DNA of 38,838 bases from positions 1 through 38,838 of IMG/VR virus record IMGVR_UViG_3300013767_000084; one strand, given 5' to 3'. Below, piece by piece: positions 7,722-15,863 of the stretch (the stretch's first letter is position 1; every line of letters starts with the position of its first letter). This DNA is from a virus. Taxonomy: Duplodnaviria; Caudoviricetes. The notes below the pieces were generated by a model. The model saw only the letters and a list, made by a program, of their open reading frames with translations. It searched no databases and had not been told where the DNA came from. A program made the position numbers and the translations under genes.

Positions 7722-8093
7722 TCAGCTGCCTTTCTTCTGCGCGGCGCCCACCGCCGCACTCTCCACCAGATCGAAGACGGCCACCAGGACCGCCTCGGCC
7801 TGCGCCGTCAGCAGGCCCGCTCGATCCATCTCCCCGATTCGATACACCAGGCGAACAGCCGCCTTGCTCATGGGTGGCAGCCCCACGTCGCCCGACATCA
7901 GATCGGCGAGCGACACACCAAAGACCCGCGCTACAGCCGGCCCGCGCTCGGCCGGCACCTCGCCACGACTCTTCCAGTTTGAGACAACGTTGCTCGAGAT
8001 ATTCAACTGCTGCGCGAGCCATGCCTGGCGCCGCCCTGCTCGAGCTAATAGCACCGCCACGCGATCCCACGGAATGAGCACTTTGTCGTCCAT
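7722..8093 (-). CDS. XRE-family HTH regulator (no peptidase domain)
   Basis: QAWLAQQLNISSNVVSNWKSRG HTH, VARVFGVSLADL; convergent with cI. Confidence 0.85.
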   Translation of the reverse strand: MDDKVLIPWDRVAVLLARAGRRQAWLAQQLNISSNVVSNWKSRGEVPAERGPAVARVFGVSLADLMSGDVGLPPMSKAAVRLVYRIGEMDRAGLLTAQAEAVLVAVFDLVESAAVGAAQKKGS

Positions 8094-8305
8094 AGGGCGC
8101 GACGGTAACGAGAAATAGTTGAGCGGAGTACCACGGTATGTGTTGCTACATGTACACACCTTGTTACATGCATGCCCACCCCATCACGCTAAATGTGCCG
8201 TATTGTATCCTTTTAGGAGTGTTACTAATACGCAACGGTGTTTTCCCGTACTGAATAATTTTCAGATCAGATTTCAGCACCGCGTCCGTGCATAAATGCG
8301 GTTTT

Positions 8306-8347
8306 ATTAGAAGTGCTCTTGCACCGTAGAATCAGAACTTCTAATAT
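8306..8347 (+). promoter_or_regulatory. OL-like operators and pL promoter
   Basis: 8306-8321 is the exact reverse complement of 6834-6849; ATCAGAACTTCTAAT at 8331-8345; TTGCAC-17-TAATAT. Confidence 0.85.
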
Positions 8348-8375
8348 TCGGTCTACCCTCTTTCTGGAGACCGAC

Positions 8376-8513
8376 ATGATCAAGAAGTACTGCAAAGGCC
8401 TGCCGCTCTACGTCGCCGCTGTGGCCGCCACCCTCCTCGCGCACGGCCTCGCTCAGTACTGGGACAACCAGGCCGAAGCGCAGCAGCCGACCACCCTGGC
8501 TCGCCACATCTGA
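8376..8513 (+). CDS. Small membrane protein, first gene of the pL operon
   Basis: GGAGA RBS; MIKKYCKGLPLYVAAVAATLLAHGLAQYWD hydrophobic segment. Confidence 0.6.
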   Translation: MIKKYCKGLPLYVAAVAATLLAHGLAQYWDNQAEAQQPTTLARHI

Positions 8514-8518
8514 TTCGC

Positions 8519-8737
8519 ATGCGGCCGCTGCCCTTTTCTCGCGAAGCCCTGATGGCGGAGTTCATCCGCATCGGCGGTAGCGGCCGCCCAGAAGATGCCA
8601 TTCGCATCCCTCAAATGCGCCTGAAGCTCATTGCGTCGATCAAGGCCCGGCTCAATGCCCAGCGGACCCAGCGCCGCCGCCCCGCCGCACGCCCCGTCAT
8701 CGACATCAAGCGCCTGCAAGCCAACGACCTCGACTGA
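8519..8737 (+). CDS. Hypothetical phage protein
   Basis: Basic 72-aa ORF in the operon, ending IDIKRLQANDLD. Confidence 0.65.
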   Translation: MRPLPFSREALMAEFIRIGGSGRPEDAIRIPQMRLKLIASIKARLNAQRTQRRRPAARPVIDIKRLQANDLD

Positions 8738-8747
8738 GGAAAAAACC

Positions 8748-9107
8748 ATGCTGATCGGACTCACCGGCCGCCCTGGTATCGGCCACAACGTTGTCGCCGA
8801 CTATCTCGCACGCGCCCACGCATTTACCCCCACCGAACGCATCACCGACGAGCTGGTCGACCAGCTCAGCGGCCACCACGTCGTCGTGACCGAGATCCGC
8901 GACCACGTGGACGCGGACATTCTGACTGCGCGCGGCGGCATCCTGGTGCATCTGTGCGATCCGTGCCTGCCGGACTTCGGCCCGGATAACGGCATCGTGC
9001 TGCGAGACATCGATCACCAGGTGACTGTGACCGTTGATTACTTCCACGCCTTCGACATGCTCGACCGGGTCATTGGCGACGCTCAGTTTTGCGAGGTCCT
9101 GGCATGA
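8748..9107 (+). CDS. Short dNMP-kinase-like protein with degenerate P-loop
   Basis: MLIGLTGRPGIGHNVVADYL, VVVTEIR, ARGGILVHL resemble phage deoxynucleotide monophosphate kinases; GAGGA RBS. Confidence 0.6.
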   Translation: MLIGLTGRPGIGHNVVADYLARAHAFTPTERITDELVDQLSGHHVVVTEIRDHVDADILTARGGILVHLCDPCLPDFGPDNGIVLRDIDHQVTVTVDYFHAFDMLDRVIGDAQFCEVLA

Positions 9108-9523
9108 GAAAGCGCAGCCGCTACCAGGTGCGAGCCAAATGCCTCCCGATGATGGGCTTTAACAAACGCCACGTTGAGCTGACGTATTACGCCGACCTGG
9201 TCGGCTTCATCAGCGCACCCACCGATACCGCCTACAACCGGCTGATGCGCACGCTGGAACTCGTCGCGGTGGCCATGGAGACGCAAAACATCCCGGATTA
9301 CCGCGTGCAACTGCGCTCGGCCAAGCTCGCCATGTCGGCCGTTTTCGATCGCAGCCTGCACACCGGCAAGGTCACGGTGCTGGACCTCGAAGCAATGACC
9401 CTGCGTGCAGCCGCCCCCGCCATCGAGCAAGCCATCAGCCGCATGCGCCTCGATACGTTCACAGAAGCCCACGCCATCACCAAGCTCGCCATGCAAGTGC
9501 AAGGCGCACCCGTCGAAGCCTGA
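9104..9523 (+). CDS. Hypothetical phage protein
   Basis: ATGA overlap with the upstream gene; 139 aa. Confidence 0.7.
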   Translation: MRKRSRYQVRAKCLPMMGFNKRHVELTYYADLVGFISAPTDTAYNRLMRTLELVAVAMETQNIPDYRVQLRSAKLAMSAVFDRSLHTGKVTVLDLEAMTLRAAAPAIEQAISRMRLDTFTEAHAITKLAMQVQGAPVEA

Positions 9524-9538
9524 CCCACAGGAAATCCC

Positions 9539-10555
9539 ATGACAAAGCATCGCCGCACCGGACGCGCCCCCTCCATTGACAGCATCGGCGCCCGCATCAC
9601 CGACGAGCAAGGATTGCGACTCGCCGCCACCTCGCGCGACAGCAAATTCTTCCGCAAATCACCCCGTATCCACGTCGACGATATCGCTGTGGACCAGATG
9701 GCCACCGCAATGAAAGCCAAGCTGGCCGAGAAGCGCGGCGAAGGCGGCGGCGGATGGGACAACCCACTGGAATGCTCAATCGAGCGCCTGGCACAGCTGA
9801 TGGCCGAAGCAATGTGCAAAGGCAAGCTGGTCAACGTGGCCAACTATGCCGCGATGCTGCGCGCTCGCGGCGCTGACGAGCAGCTCACGGCTGAGATCGC
9901 GATGCGCGCGTTCCTGCATGGCAGCCGTGAAGCAATGGAAGTCGTGGTGGCCATGCTCGACCGCGGCGAGTGGGCAGAGCATGTCGCCGCCACCACGGGG
10001 CGCAGCAATCCGCTGGCTCAGCGCCTGGAGGATGCCATCACCGACCTGCACAACGAGGCCTCCACCAACCGCGACATGCTGGACGACGCGCGCACAGAGC
10101 TCAATATGCTGCGCCAAGCGCTGGGTGTCGACGAGGAGCCTCACCAATCATTGCGGGAGCGGATGCTGGAAGCCGCGCAAACGACGCGCAATGCAGTCGT
10201 CTATCCCCCTGACGGAACGATCTCACCGTTCACAGTCATCAACCTCGGCCTCGGCCAGGTGCAGATGGGCGACTGCACCCATGACCAGCGCCTTCCAGCG
10301 TTGTGGTTCGGCAAAGATGGTAAGGGTATGGGCCATTTTGAAGTCCTGAACCGAGAGGCCAAGGAAGGCGAGACCATCGCTGTCGTCACGCTCTCAAACG
10401 TCGATGGGCTCGATGTGCTGCTTGATGTCGTGCAGCGCATCCGGCGTGAATCGTTTCCTGATGCCGCCCCCTCACCCTACGCCGCACCAGCCTCTACCGG
10501 CGCGCCGGAAGCGAGCATCGACGTCGCCTTGCGCACCAGCAAGGAGGGCGAGTAA
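9539..10555 (+). CDS. Mosaic hypothetical phage protein
   Basis: 338-aa ORF in operon; contains MKAKLAEKR..GGW..C..KG..VNVANYAAML block typical of accessory early phage proteins. Confidence 0.7.
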   Translation: MTKHRRTGRAPSIDSIGARITDEQGLRLAATSRDSKFFRKSPRIHVDDIAVDQMATAMKAKLAEKRGEGGGGWDNPLECSIERLAQLMAEAMCKGKLVNVANYAAMLRARGADEQLTAEIAMRAFLHGSREAMEVVVAMLDRGEWAEHVAATTGRSNPLAQRLEDAITDLHNEASTNRDMLDDARTELNMLRQALGVDEEPHQSLRERMLEAAQTTRNAVVYPPDGTISPFTVINLGLGQVQMGDCTHDQRLPALWFGKDGKGMGHFEVLNREAKEGETIAVVTLSNVDGLDVLLDVVQRIRRESFPDAAPSPYAAPASTGAPEASIDVALRTSKEGE

Positions 10556-10911
10556 TGGACACCCCGAACACACGCAAAACAGGTAAAACGCAAATACCCG
10601 CGATACAGGTAGAGAACGAGGTAGCACAACGATTCATCGACTCATCCCGCCCCGCCCTCGCCCGCACCGCGGCCATCCTGTGCGGCAACCCTGAGTTTCA
10701 ACGCTTCCTGTCCCTCCGATACGCGGCCGCCTGGAGACGACAAAGCCCCCTACCCGCTCACGACCGAGCCGCCAATGTCATCCGCGAAACTTGCGGCATT
10801 CAATCACGAAAGGAACTGGATTCCGATACGAAGGCAAAGCAGCGCTACCATCAATTGATCGGCCTACCGTTCAGCACTTGGCGGAATCACCGAGAAAACG
10901 CCACACCGTAG
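10555..10911 (+). CDS. Hypothetical phage protein
   Basis: TAATG overlap; AAILCGNPEFQRFL...IRETCGIQSRKELD. Confidence 0.7.
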   Translation: MDTPNTRKTGKTQIPAIQVENEVAQRFIDSSRPALARTAAILCGNPEFQRFLSLRYAAAWRRQSPLPAHDRAANVIRETCGIQSRKELDSDTKAKQRYHQLIGLPFSTWRNHRENATP

Positions 10912-10934
10912 CGCGACGGCAACGCCACAACGCA

Positions 10935-10959
10935 AAAGTGTCCCCAGGTGGGACACTTT
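10935..10959. repeat. 25-bp palindrome, candidate parS 1
   Basis: AAAGTGTCCC-CAGGT-GGGACACTTT just upstream of the parA promoter (TTGCCA-17-TATCGT, 10972-11000). Confidence 0.75.
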
Positions 10960-11033
10960 TTTATTTGCGCCTTGCCATTCAGGTTTTCCGCGTATATCGT
11001 TCACGCGTGTCAACTACAACGCACACGGAAACC

Positions 11034-11867
11034 ATGAACGCAGAAACGAAGAAGGCTAAGGTCATTGCGATCGTCAACCACAAGGGCGGCTGCGGCAAGA
11101 CCACCTCCACGGTCAACCTGGCCAGCGAATTCGCGCGGCAAGGCAACAGCGTGCTCGTCGTGGATCTTGACCCGCAGGCCAACGCCACGCTGCACATCGG
11201 TAATACCCACCCCTCCAAAGTGCCCGTGTCATCGGCCGAGCTGCTCACCGGCGACGACTCGATGCTGCCGCTGGCCGTCCAGGAGGAAACTACCATCGAG
11301 GGCGTGAGCCTGATCTCCGGCAGCCTCGCCCTGGGCAAGGCCGAAGACGAACTCAAGGACCTCTCCCCTCGCCCGAACGAAGAGCTGCGCAGCAAGCTGC
11401 AGCCCGCGATCGAGGTGTTTGATGTGATCCTGATCGACTGCCCACCGAGCCTCAAGCTGCTGGCCAGCAATGCGCTGGCCGCCGCTACACACGTAATCGT
11501 CCCAATCGAGGCCGGCGACCAGTACGGCCTGTATGGCGCCGAGGACCTGCTTAAGAAGGTCACGCAGATCCGTCGCATCAATCCGGAGCTCGAAATGCTC
11601 GGCGCCCTGCTGATCAAATATGACGATCGCCAGACGATCTGCAAGCTGCTCGCCGGCCAGGCCGAGAAGACGTTTGGCAAGCTGCTGCCAGAGAAGATCT
11701 CGCAAGGCACCGCTGTGCAGAAGGCCGCCGTCCTGAAGACCAGCACGCACGGCGTAGACCGCAGCTCGAAGCCGGCCCGACAGTTCCGCCAGTTGGCCGC
11801 CGCGCTGGCCAAGCAGCTACAGCTCAAGGTCAGCGATGACGTGCTGGCCGAGGAGGCCGCAGCGTGA
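11034..11867 (+). CDS. parA: ParA partition ATPase
   Basis: NHKGGCGKTT deviant Walker A, VDLDPQAN, LIDCPPSL. Confidence 0.96.
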   Translation: MNAETKKAKVIAIVNHKGGCGKTTSTVNLASEFARQGNSVLVVDLDPQANATLHIGNTHPSKVPVSSAELLTGDDSMLPLAVQEETTIEGVSLISGSLALGKAEDELKDLSPRPNEELRSKLQPAIEVFDVILIDCPPSLKLLASNALAAATHVIVPIEAGDQYGLYGAEDLLKKVTQIRRINPELEMLGALLIKYDDRQTICKLLAGQAEKTFGKLLPEKISQGTAVQKAAVLKTSTHGVDRSSKPARQFRQLAAALAKQLQLKVSDDVLAEEAAA

Positions 11868-12742
11868 GCAAGAACCTCAAGGCACTGCTCGCGCAGCAGG
11901 CGGAGATCAACCGGAAGACGCACCACGAGGCGGAGTTTGCCGACGACTTCGACATCGGCCGCAAGCACACCAAGATTCCGCTCGACCGCATCACCCCGAA
12001 TCGCTTCCAGCCGCGCCTGGCGTTCTCCGACGAGAGCCTGCGCGACCTAGCTGAATCCATCGCACAAATCGGCCTCACGCAGCCCATTACGGTGCGCCAG
12101 GTCGATGATGGCTACGAGTTGATCGCCGGCGAGCGCCGCCTGCGCGCCCATCGCCTGCTGAACAAGCCAACCATCGAGGCCATCGTGGTCGACGCTGATG
12201 ACGGTCAGTCAGCCGCCATGGCGCTGTCAGAAAACATCGACCGCGAGGGCCTCACGGACTTCGAGATTGCCGAAGGCATACGCCAGCTCGAAGAGCAGTT
12301 CCCCAAGCGCAGCCATCTGGCGAAGGCCCTGAACCTGGTACGGTCTGAACTGTATCGCTATCTTGCGTTCCGTGAGTTACCCGGCGACGTCATTGAGCGC
12401 CTGCGCATGCGGCCAGACCTGATCGGGAGGAGGGCGGCCAGCGACATCGTCCAGGCGATCAAGGATGCACCAGCACTCGCTGACCGACTGAACGAAGCCC
12501 TGGACCAGGTCGCCGATAACAAGCTGGAGCAGGGCAGGGTGGTCGCCTTCCTGCGGCAGTCGGACACCAAGGTAGCGAACAAGCCGGAGCCGATCGTGCT
12601 GAAGCAGGGCAGGGCGCGCATTGGCACGATCGCACGCACCCCAACCGAACTGGTGATCAAGGTCTCGCACCAGGCGCTGCCGCAGGAGAAGGCCGAGAAG
12701 CTGCAAGCCTTCCTGGAGGAACTACTGGAAGAGGGCGCCTGA
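11864..12742 (+). CDS. parB: ParB partition protein
   Basis: PNRFQPR, GLTQPITVR, ELIAGERRLRA, ENIDRE, HTH; GTGA overlap with parA. Confidence 0.96.
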   Translation: MSKNLKALLAQQAEINRKTHHEAEFADDFDIGRKHTKIPLDRITPNRFQPRLAFSDESLRDLAESIAQIGLTQPITVRQVDDGYELIAGERRLRAHRLLNKPTIEAIVVDADDGQSAAMALSENIDREGLTDFEIAEGIRQLEEQFPKRSHLAKALNLVRSELYRYLAFRELPGDVIERLRMRPDLIGRRAASDIVQAIKDAPALADRLNEALDQVADNKLEQGRVVAFLRQSDTKVANKPEPIVLKQGRARIGTIARTPTELVIKVSHQALPQEKAEKLQAFLEELLEEGA

Positions 12743-12767
12743 AAAGTGTCCCACCTGGGGACACTTT
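12743..12767. repeat. 25-bp palindrome, candidate parS 2
   Basis: AAAGTGTCCC-ACCTG-GGGACACTTT immediately after the parB stop. Confidence 0.78.
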
Positions 12768-12771
12768 GCCG

Positions 12772-13130
12772 CGCATATGTGGGGGCGCCTACCTGTGGAC
12801 AAAGCCTGTGGACAGCCGCATTTTTCCCCGCATATGTGGGGGCGGTCAATCGCATATGTGGGGGCAGGGCTGCCGCATATGTGGGGGCGCTTTTTCGCAT
12901 ACGTGGGGGCATGGCCTCGCATATGTGGGGGCGAAAATACCACATAAGCCATTGATCCAGCAGGAAAAAGCATGCTCTCTAGGTTTTGCTTTTAGCAGTA
13001 GGTTTTCTTATAGCTTTGCTAGTAGGGCGCATCGCTGCAGTGGACAACCTGTCGGTTGCCCACCTTTCGCGAAGCGCGCGACGAGCTGATGACAGACTGA
13101 ACATCAAAACAGAGCGCCCCCACTTATGCG
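12772..13130. other. Plasmid iteron origin (oriV)
   Basis: CGCATAYGTGGGGG at 12772, 12829, 12851, 12874, 12896, 12918 (22-23 bp period for the last five); DnaA-box-like TGTGGACAA/TGTGGACAG at 12794 and 12807; AT-rich tract about 12960-13025; inverted iteron at 13117-13130. Confidence 0.88.
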
Positions 13131-13194
13131 ACGTGGGGTGCCGGACAGTGCTATGTTGCCAACCGAGACGATGAGGAGCAGGGGAGTGCAAGCA

Positions 13195-14202
13195 ATGGAT
13201 GACAAGGCTTCCGAAACCTTCGAGCTGACGCCCCCGCCCATGGAAGTTCCTGCCAAGCCCAAACGCAGGTATGCGCCACGCAATGCGGTTAGTCCCGAGA
13301 TCGACGATCGCCTGGTCAAGGAGGCCCGCGCTATCGAGGCGGAGGACGCGTTCCGGGCCGGCCTGACGGGTTACATGGGCCGCACGCTGGTGCAGGCCAC
13401 TCTGCCGTATCGGGAGCCACCCCGGACGCTGGAGGTATGGGAGCGAGTCGTCGGACAGACGAGCCTGATCATCAAGCAAGGCCACACGAAGAACAGGGCA
13501 GGGCAGTGGCAGCGCATCGGGTATCCGTACGGTTCCTATCCGCGGCTGATGCTCGCATGGATTGGGGCAGAAGTGGTACGCACGCGTGAGCGGACGATTG
13601 TGCTCGGCGATAGCCTGGCGTCATTCATGGCCGAGCTCGGCATCGGCGAACACCGCAGCGGCGGCAAGAACGGCGCCCGCACACGCCTGCGCGACCAAAT
13701 GATGCGCCTCTTCCTGGCCGACATCTCCGCCCAGCTCGGCGGCGCCTCGACGGAAGAGAATCTGCATATGAAGAACCTCGACGTCGCCGAGAACGCCAAC
13801 CTCTTTTGGTCCCCCACCAATCCGGACCAAGCTGGCCTCTGGCAATCCACTATCCTGCTGGGCGAAACGTTTTTCGAGGAGACCAAGGCCAACCCGGTAC
13901 CGGTCGACCTGCGCGCGCTGCGGGCGCTGCGCTCCTCACCGATGGCGCTCGACCTGTACTGCTGGATGACCTATCGGTACTTCTCGCTCAAAGACACCAC
14001 GACCGTCCCGTGGAGCGCCCTGCACGAGCAATTCGGCAGCGAGACCAAGACGCTCAAGAAATTCCGCGAGAACTTCCTGCCGGCGCTGAAGAAGGTGATG
14101 ACGGTGTATCCCGCAGCCAAAGCCACACCGCAGGCGGCAGGGCTGTTCATGGAACCGTCGAAGACCAGCGTGCCCAAGCGCATCAAGGACTGGCAGAAAT
14201 AA
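13195..14202 (+). CDS. repA: Plasmid replication initiator RepA (RepA_C-like)
   Basis: LVQATLPYR, GYPYGSYPRLMLAWI, RLRDQMMRLF, PVPVDLRAL..SPMALDLYCWMTYR, VPWSALHEQFG; next to iterons; start uncertain (ORF open from 13126). Confidence 0.92.
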   Translation: MDDKASETFELTPPPMEVPAKPKRRYAPRNAVSPEIDDRLVKEARAIEAEDAFRAGLTGYMGRTLVQATLPYREPPRTLEVWERVVGQTSLIIKQGHTKNRAGQWQRIGYPYGSYPRLMLAWIGAEVVRTRERTIVLGDSLASFMAELGIGEHRSGGKNGARTRLRDQMMRLFLADISAQLGGASTEENLHMKNLDVAENANLFWSPTNPDQAGLWQSTILLGETFFEETKANPVPVDLRALRALRSSPMALDLYCWMTYRYFSLKDTTTVPWSALHEQFGSETKTLKKFRENFLPALKKVMTVYPAAKATPQAAGLFMEPSKTSVPKRIKDWQK

Positions 14203-14203
14203 A

Positions 14204-14228
14204 AAAGTGTCCCACCTGGGGACACTTT
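14204..14228. repeat. 25-bp palindrome, candidate parS 3
   Basis: Identical to 12743-12767, immediately after the repA stop. Confidence 0.78.
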
Positions 14229-14245
14229 CATTGAGAGGAGGACTG

Positions 14246-14518
14246 ATGGCGAATCCAATCGAAACAACCGACGGGCCGCTCGGCCGCGCCTGGGCCGACT
14301 ACCGGGATCTGCTGCAAGCATGCGGCGCCCCGGAGGACCAGGTCCAGCAGATGCGCAATGCCTTCCTGACCGGCGCCACGCTGGTGTTCCGCATGCTCAT
14401 GCACGCCGAAGCGGTCGAGGACGTGAAGGGCGGACCGGCCATGGCGGAACGCATTCGCACCACGCTCCGCGCGGAGGTGGATCGCTTCGATCTAGAGACG
14501 CGAATGCAGTGGGATTGA
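14246..14518 (+). CDS. Hypothetical protein
   Basis: Strong GAGGAGG RBS; 90 aa with QMRNAFLTGA motif. Confidence 0.7.
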   Translation: MANPIETTDGPLGRAWADYRDLLQACGAPEDQVQQMRNAFLTGATLVFRMLMHAEAVEDVKGGPAMAERIRTTLRAEVDRFDLETRMQWD

Positions 14519-14541
14519 GGGACACCGTCACCCCTCCCGCT

Positions 14542-14569
14542 GGTTCTTATAACAATCCTTATGTCAAAA
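14542..14569 (+). other. dif-like XerC/XerD recombination site
   Basis: GGTTCTTATAA-CAATCC-TTATGTCAAAA; 11-6-11 layout matching E. coli dif GGTGCGCATAA-TGTATA-TTATGTTAAAT. Confidence 0.75.
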
Positions 14570-14932
14570 ATGAGAATTTGCGCAATCGCGGCCGCGCTTG
14601 GGTTGGGGACCGTAATCCTGCCAGCCCACGCCCTTAGCATTGATTCGTACCTTGCGTTTCGCGACGCCCGCGACCGCTCTGTGGCGACGGGCGTCAATGC
14701 CTACCTGGAAACGGTCGTCGATACCTTGCGCCTTGCGAACATTGCACTGGAGGAGGACGGGCGACAGAAGCTGTATTGCGCGCCCGCCAACATCGAGACG
14801 ACAACCGACCGCACCGGCATGGCCAAGATGGTCCTCGACCGCGCCATAGGCTCCAAGCTTGTCAAGCCAAACGACAACGTCGGCGTTGCTCTGCTGACCA
14901 CCCTGCAGCTGGTGTATCCCTGCCAGCGCTAG
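14570..14932 (+). CDS. Secreted small protein, Rap1a/Tai-like
   Basis: Signal peptide ending AHA; AYLETVVD, YCAP and C-terminal YPC pattern; alternative start 14561. Confidence 0.55.
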   Translation: MRICAIAAALGLGTVILPAHALSIDSYLAFRDARDRSVATGVNAYLETVVDTLRLANIALEEDGRQKLYCAPANIETTTDRTGMAKMVLDRAIGSKLVKPNDNVGVALLTTLQLVYPCQR

Positions 14933-15852
14933 CGTTTCTTCGTACCAGCGGGCTTTTCCGCCGGCGCCGCGGCTTCCTCGCCGGCCGGCGCGACCGGCAC
15001 CGCCCGCAGGGCCCGCACGGCGTCCAGCTCGCTGCGCACGGCGTCCAGCTCGGACTGCGTGTGGCGCAGCTGGTATTCCGCCGTCGACAGCTTGGCATTG
15101 ACCTCGTAGGTCGCGCCCTGCTGCTTGTGGAAGCTGTCGGACAGGTCCTGACCATATTTGCGCTGGACGGTCAGGTCCTTTTCCACCTTGGCCAACTCGG
15201 CCTCGACGTGCACGCGCGCGGCCACTTCTGCCTCGCGCTTCGCCTCGGCCACCGCCGCGGCCTGCTCGGCCACCACGCGCCCGGCACGCTCCCGGTCTAA
15301 CTCAACCCGCACCGCGGCCAGATCCGCCTCCAGGCGCGGCATCGCCTCCAGACGCAGCAGCGCCTTGGCCAATTCCGTGCGCGCGCCCTCGGCGGCATGA
15401 CGCTCCTGCTCGACCTCATCCCGCAGCTTGGCCTGAATCTCCTCGAGCTGCTCCACGCGACCGACGAGCGCATCGCGCTCCGACTTCACTGCATCGCGCT
15501 CGACCTCGAGGTCAGCGATCACCGCGGTCTGGCGCTCGCTTTCCGTGACCAGGTCCGCGTTGGTCTGCTGCAGCTCGGCCAGTTCCGCAGTCTGCCCGGC
15601 CTTGTCCGTCGCCGCCGCCTTCTCGATGTCGTCGACCAGGCTGCGCAGGGACCCCAGCAAGGTGAGCGGCGTCTCGGCCGGCGGCTTGACCTGTCCGCCC
15701 TTCCAGATATCGAGCAGGCGCATCACCGTGGCGTTGCTGCCGGTGCCCAGGCGCTCGCGCACCGCGCGCACCGTGGGCTTGACGCCATCGGCGCGCAGCG
15801 CGTCGGCGGCGGCGTTGACCTGCTCCTGCGTGATGGTGGCTTCCCGTGCCAT
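14929..15852 (-). CDS. kfrA: KfrA-like plasmid DNA-binding coiled-coil protein
   Basis: ITQEQVNAAADALRADGVKPTVRAVRERLGTGSNATV (KfrA_N) followed by a long coiled coil. Confidence 0.88.
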   Translation of the reverse strand: MAREATITQEQVNAAADALRADGVKPTVRAVRERLGTGSNATVMRLLDIWKGGQVKPPAETPLTLLGSLRSLVDDIEKAAATDKAGQTAELAELQQTNADLVTESERQTAVIADLEVERDAVKSERDALVGRVEQLEEIQAKLRDEVEQERHAAEGARTELAKALLRLEAMPRLEADLAAVRVELDRERAGRVVAEQAAAVAEAKREAEVAARVHVEAELAKVEKDLTVQRKYGQDLSDSFHKQQGATYEVNAKLSTAEYQLRHTQSELDAVRSELDAVRALRAVPVAPAGEEAAAPAEKPAGTKKR

Positions 15853-15863
15853 AACATTTCTCC

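Noticed and set aside
10935-10959. Palindromes as an N15-type telomere (telRL) site
   Set aside because: Short, present in three copies, interrupted by a 5-bp spacer, and no protelomerase gene is seen
12772-12931. Regularly spaced repeats as a CRISPR array
   Set aside because: 14-bp repeats with 8-9 bp gaps beside repA and no cas genes; these are iterons
15014-15052. 21-bp-period tandem repeat in kfrA
   Set aside because: Encodes a coiled-coil heptad duplication (ELDAVRS/ELDAVRA); no separate function indicated
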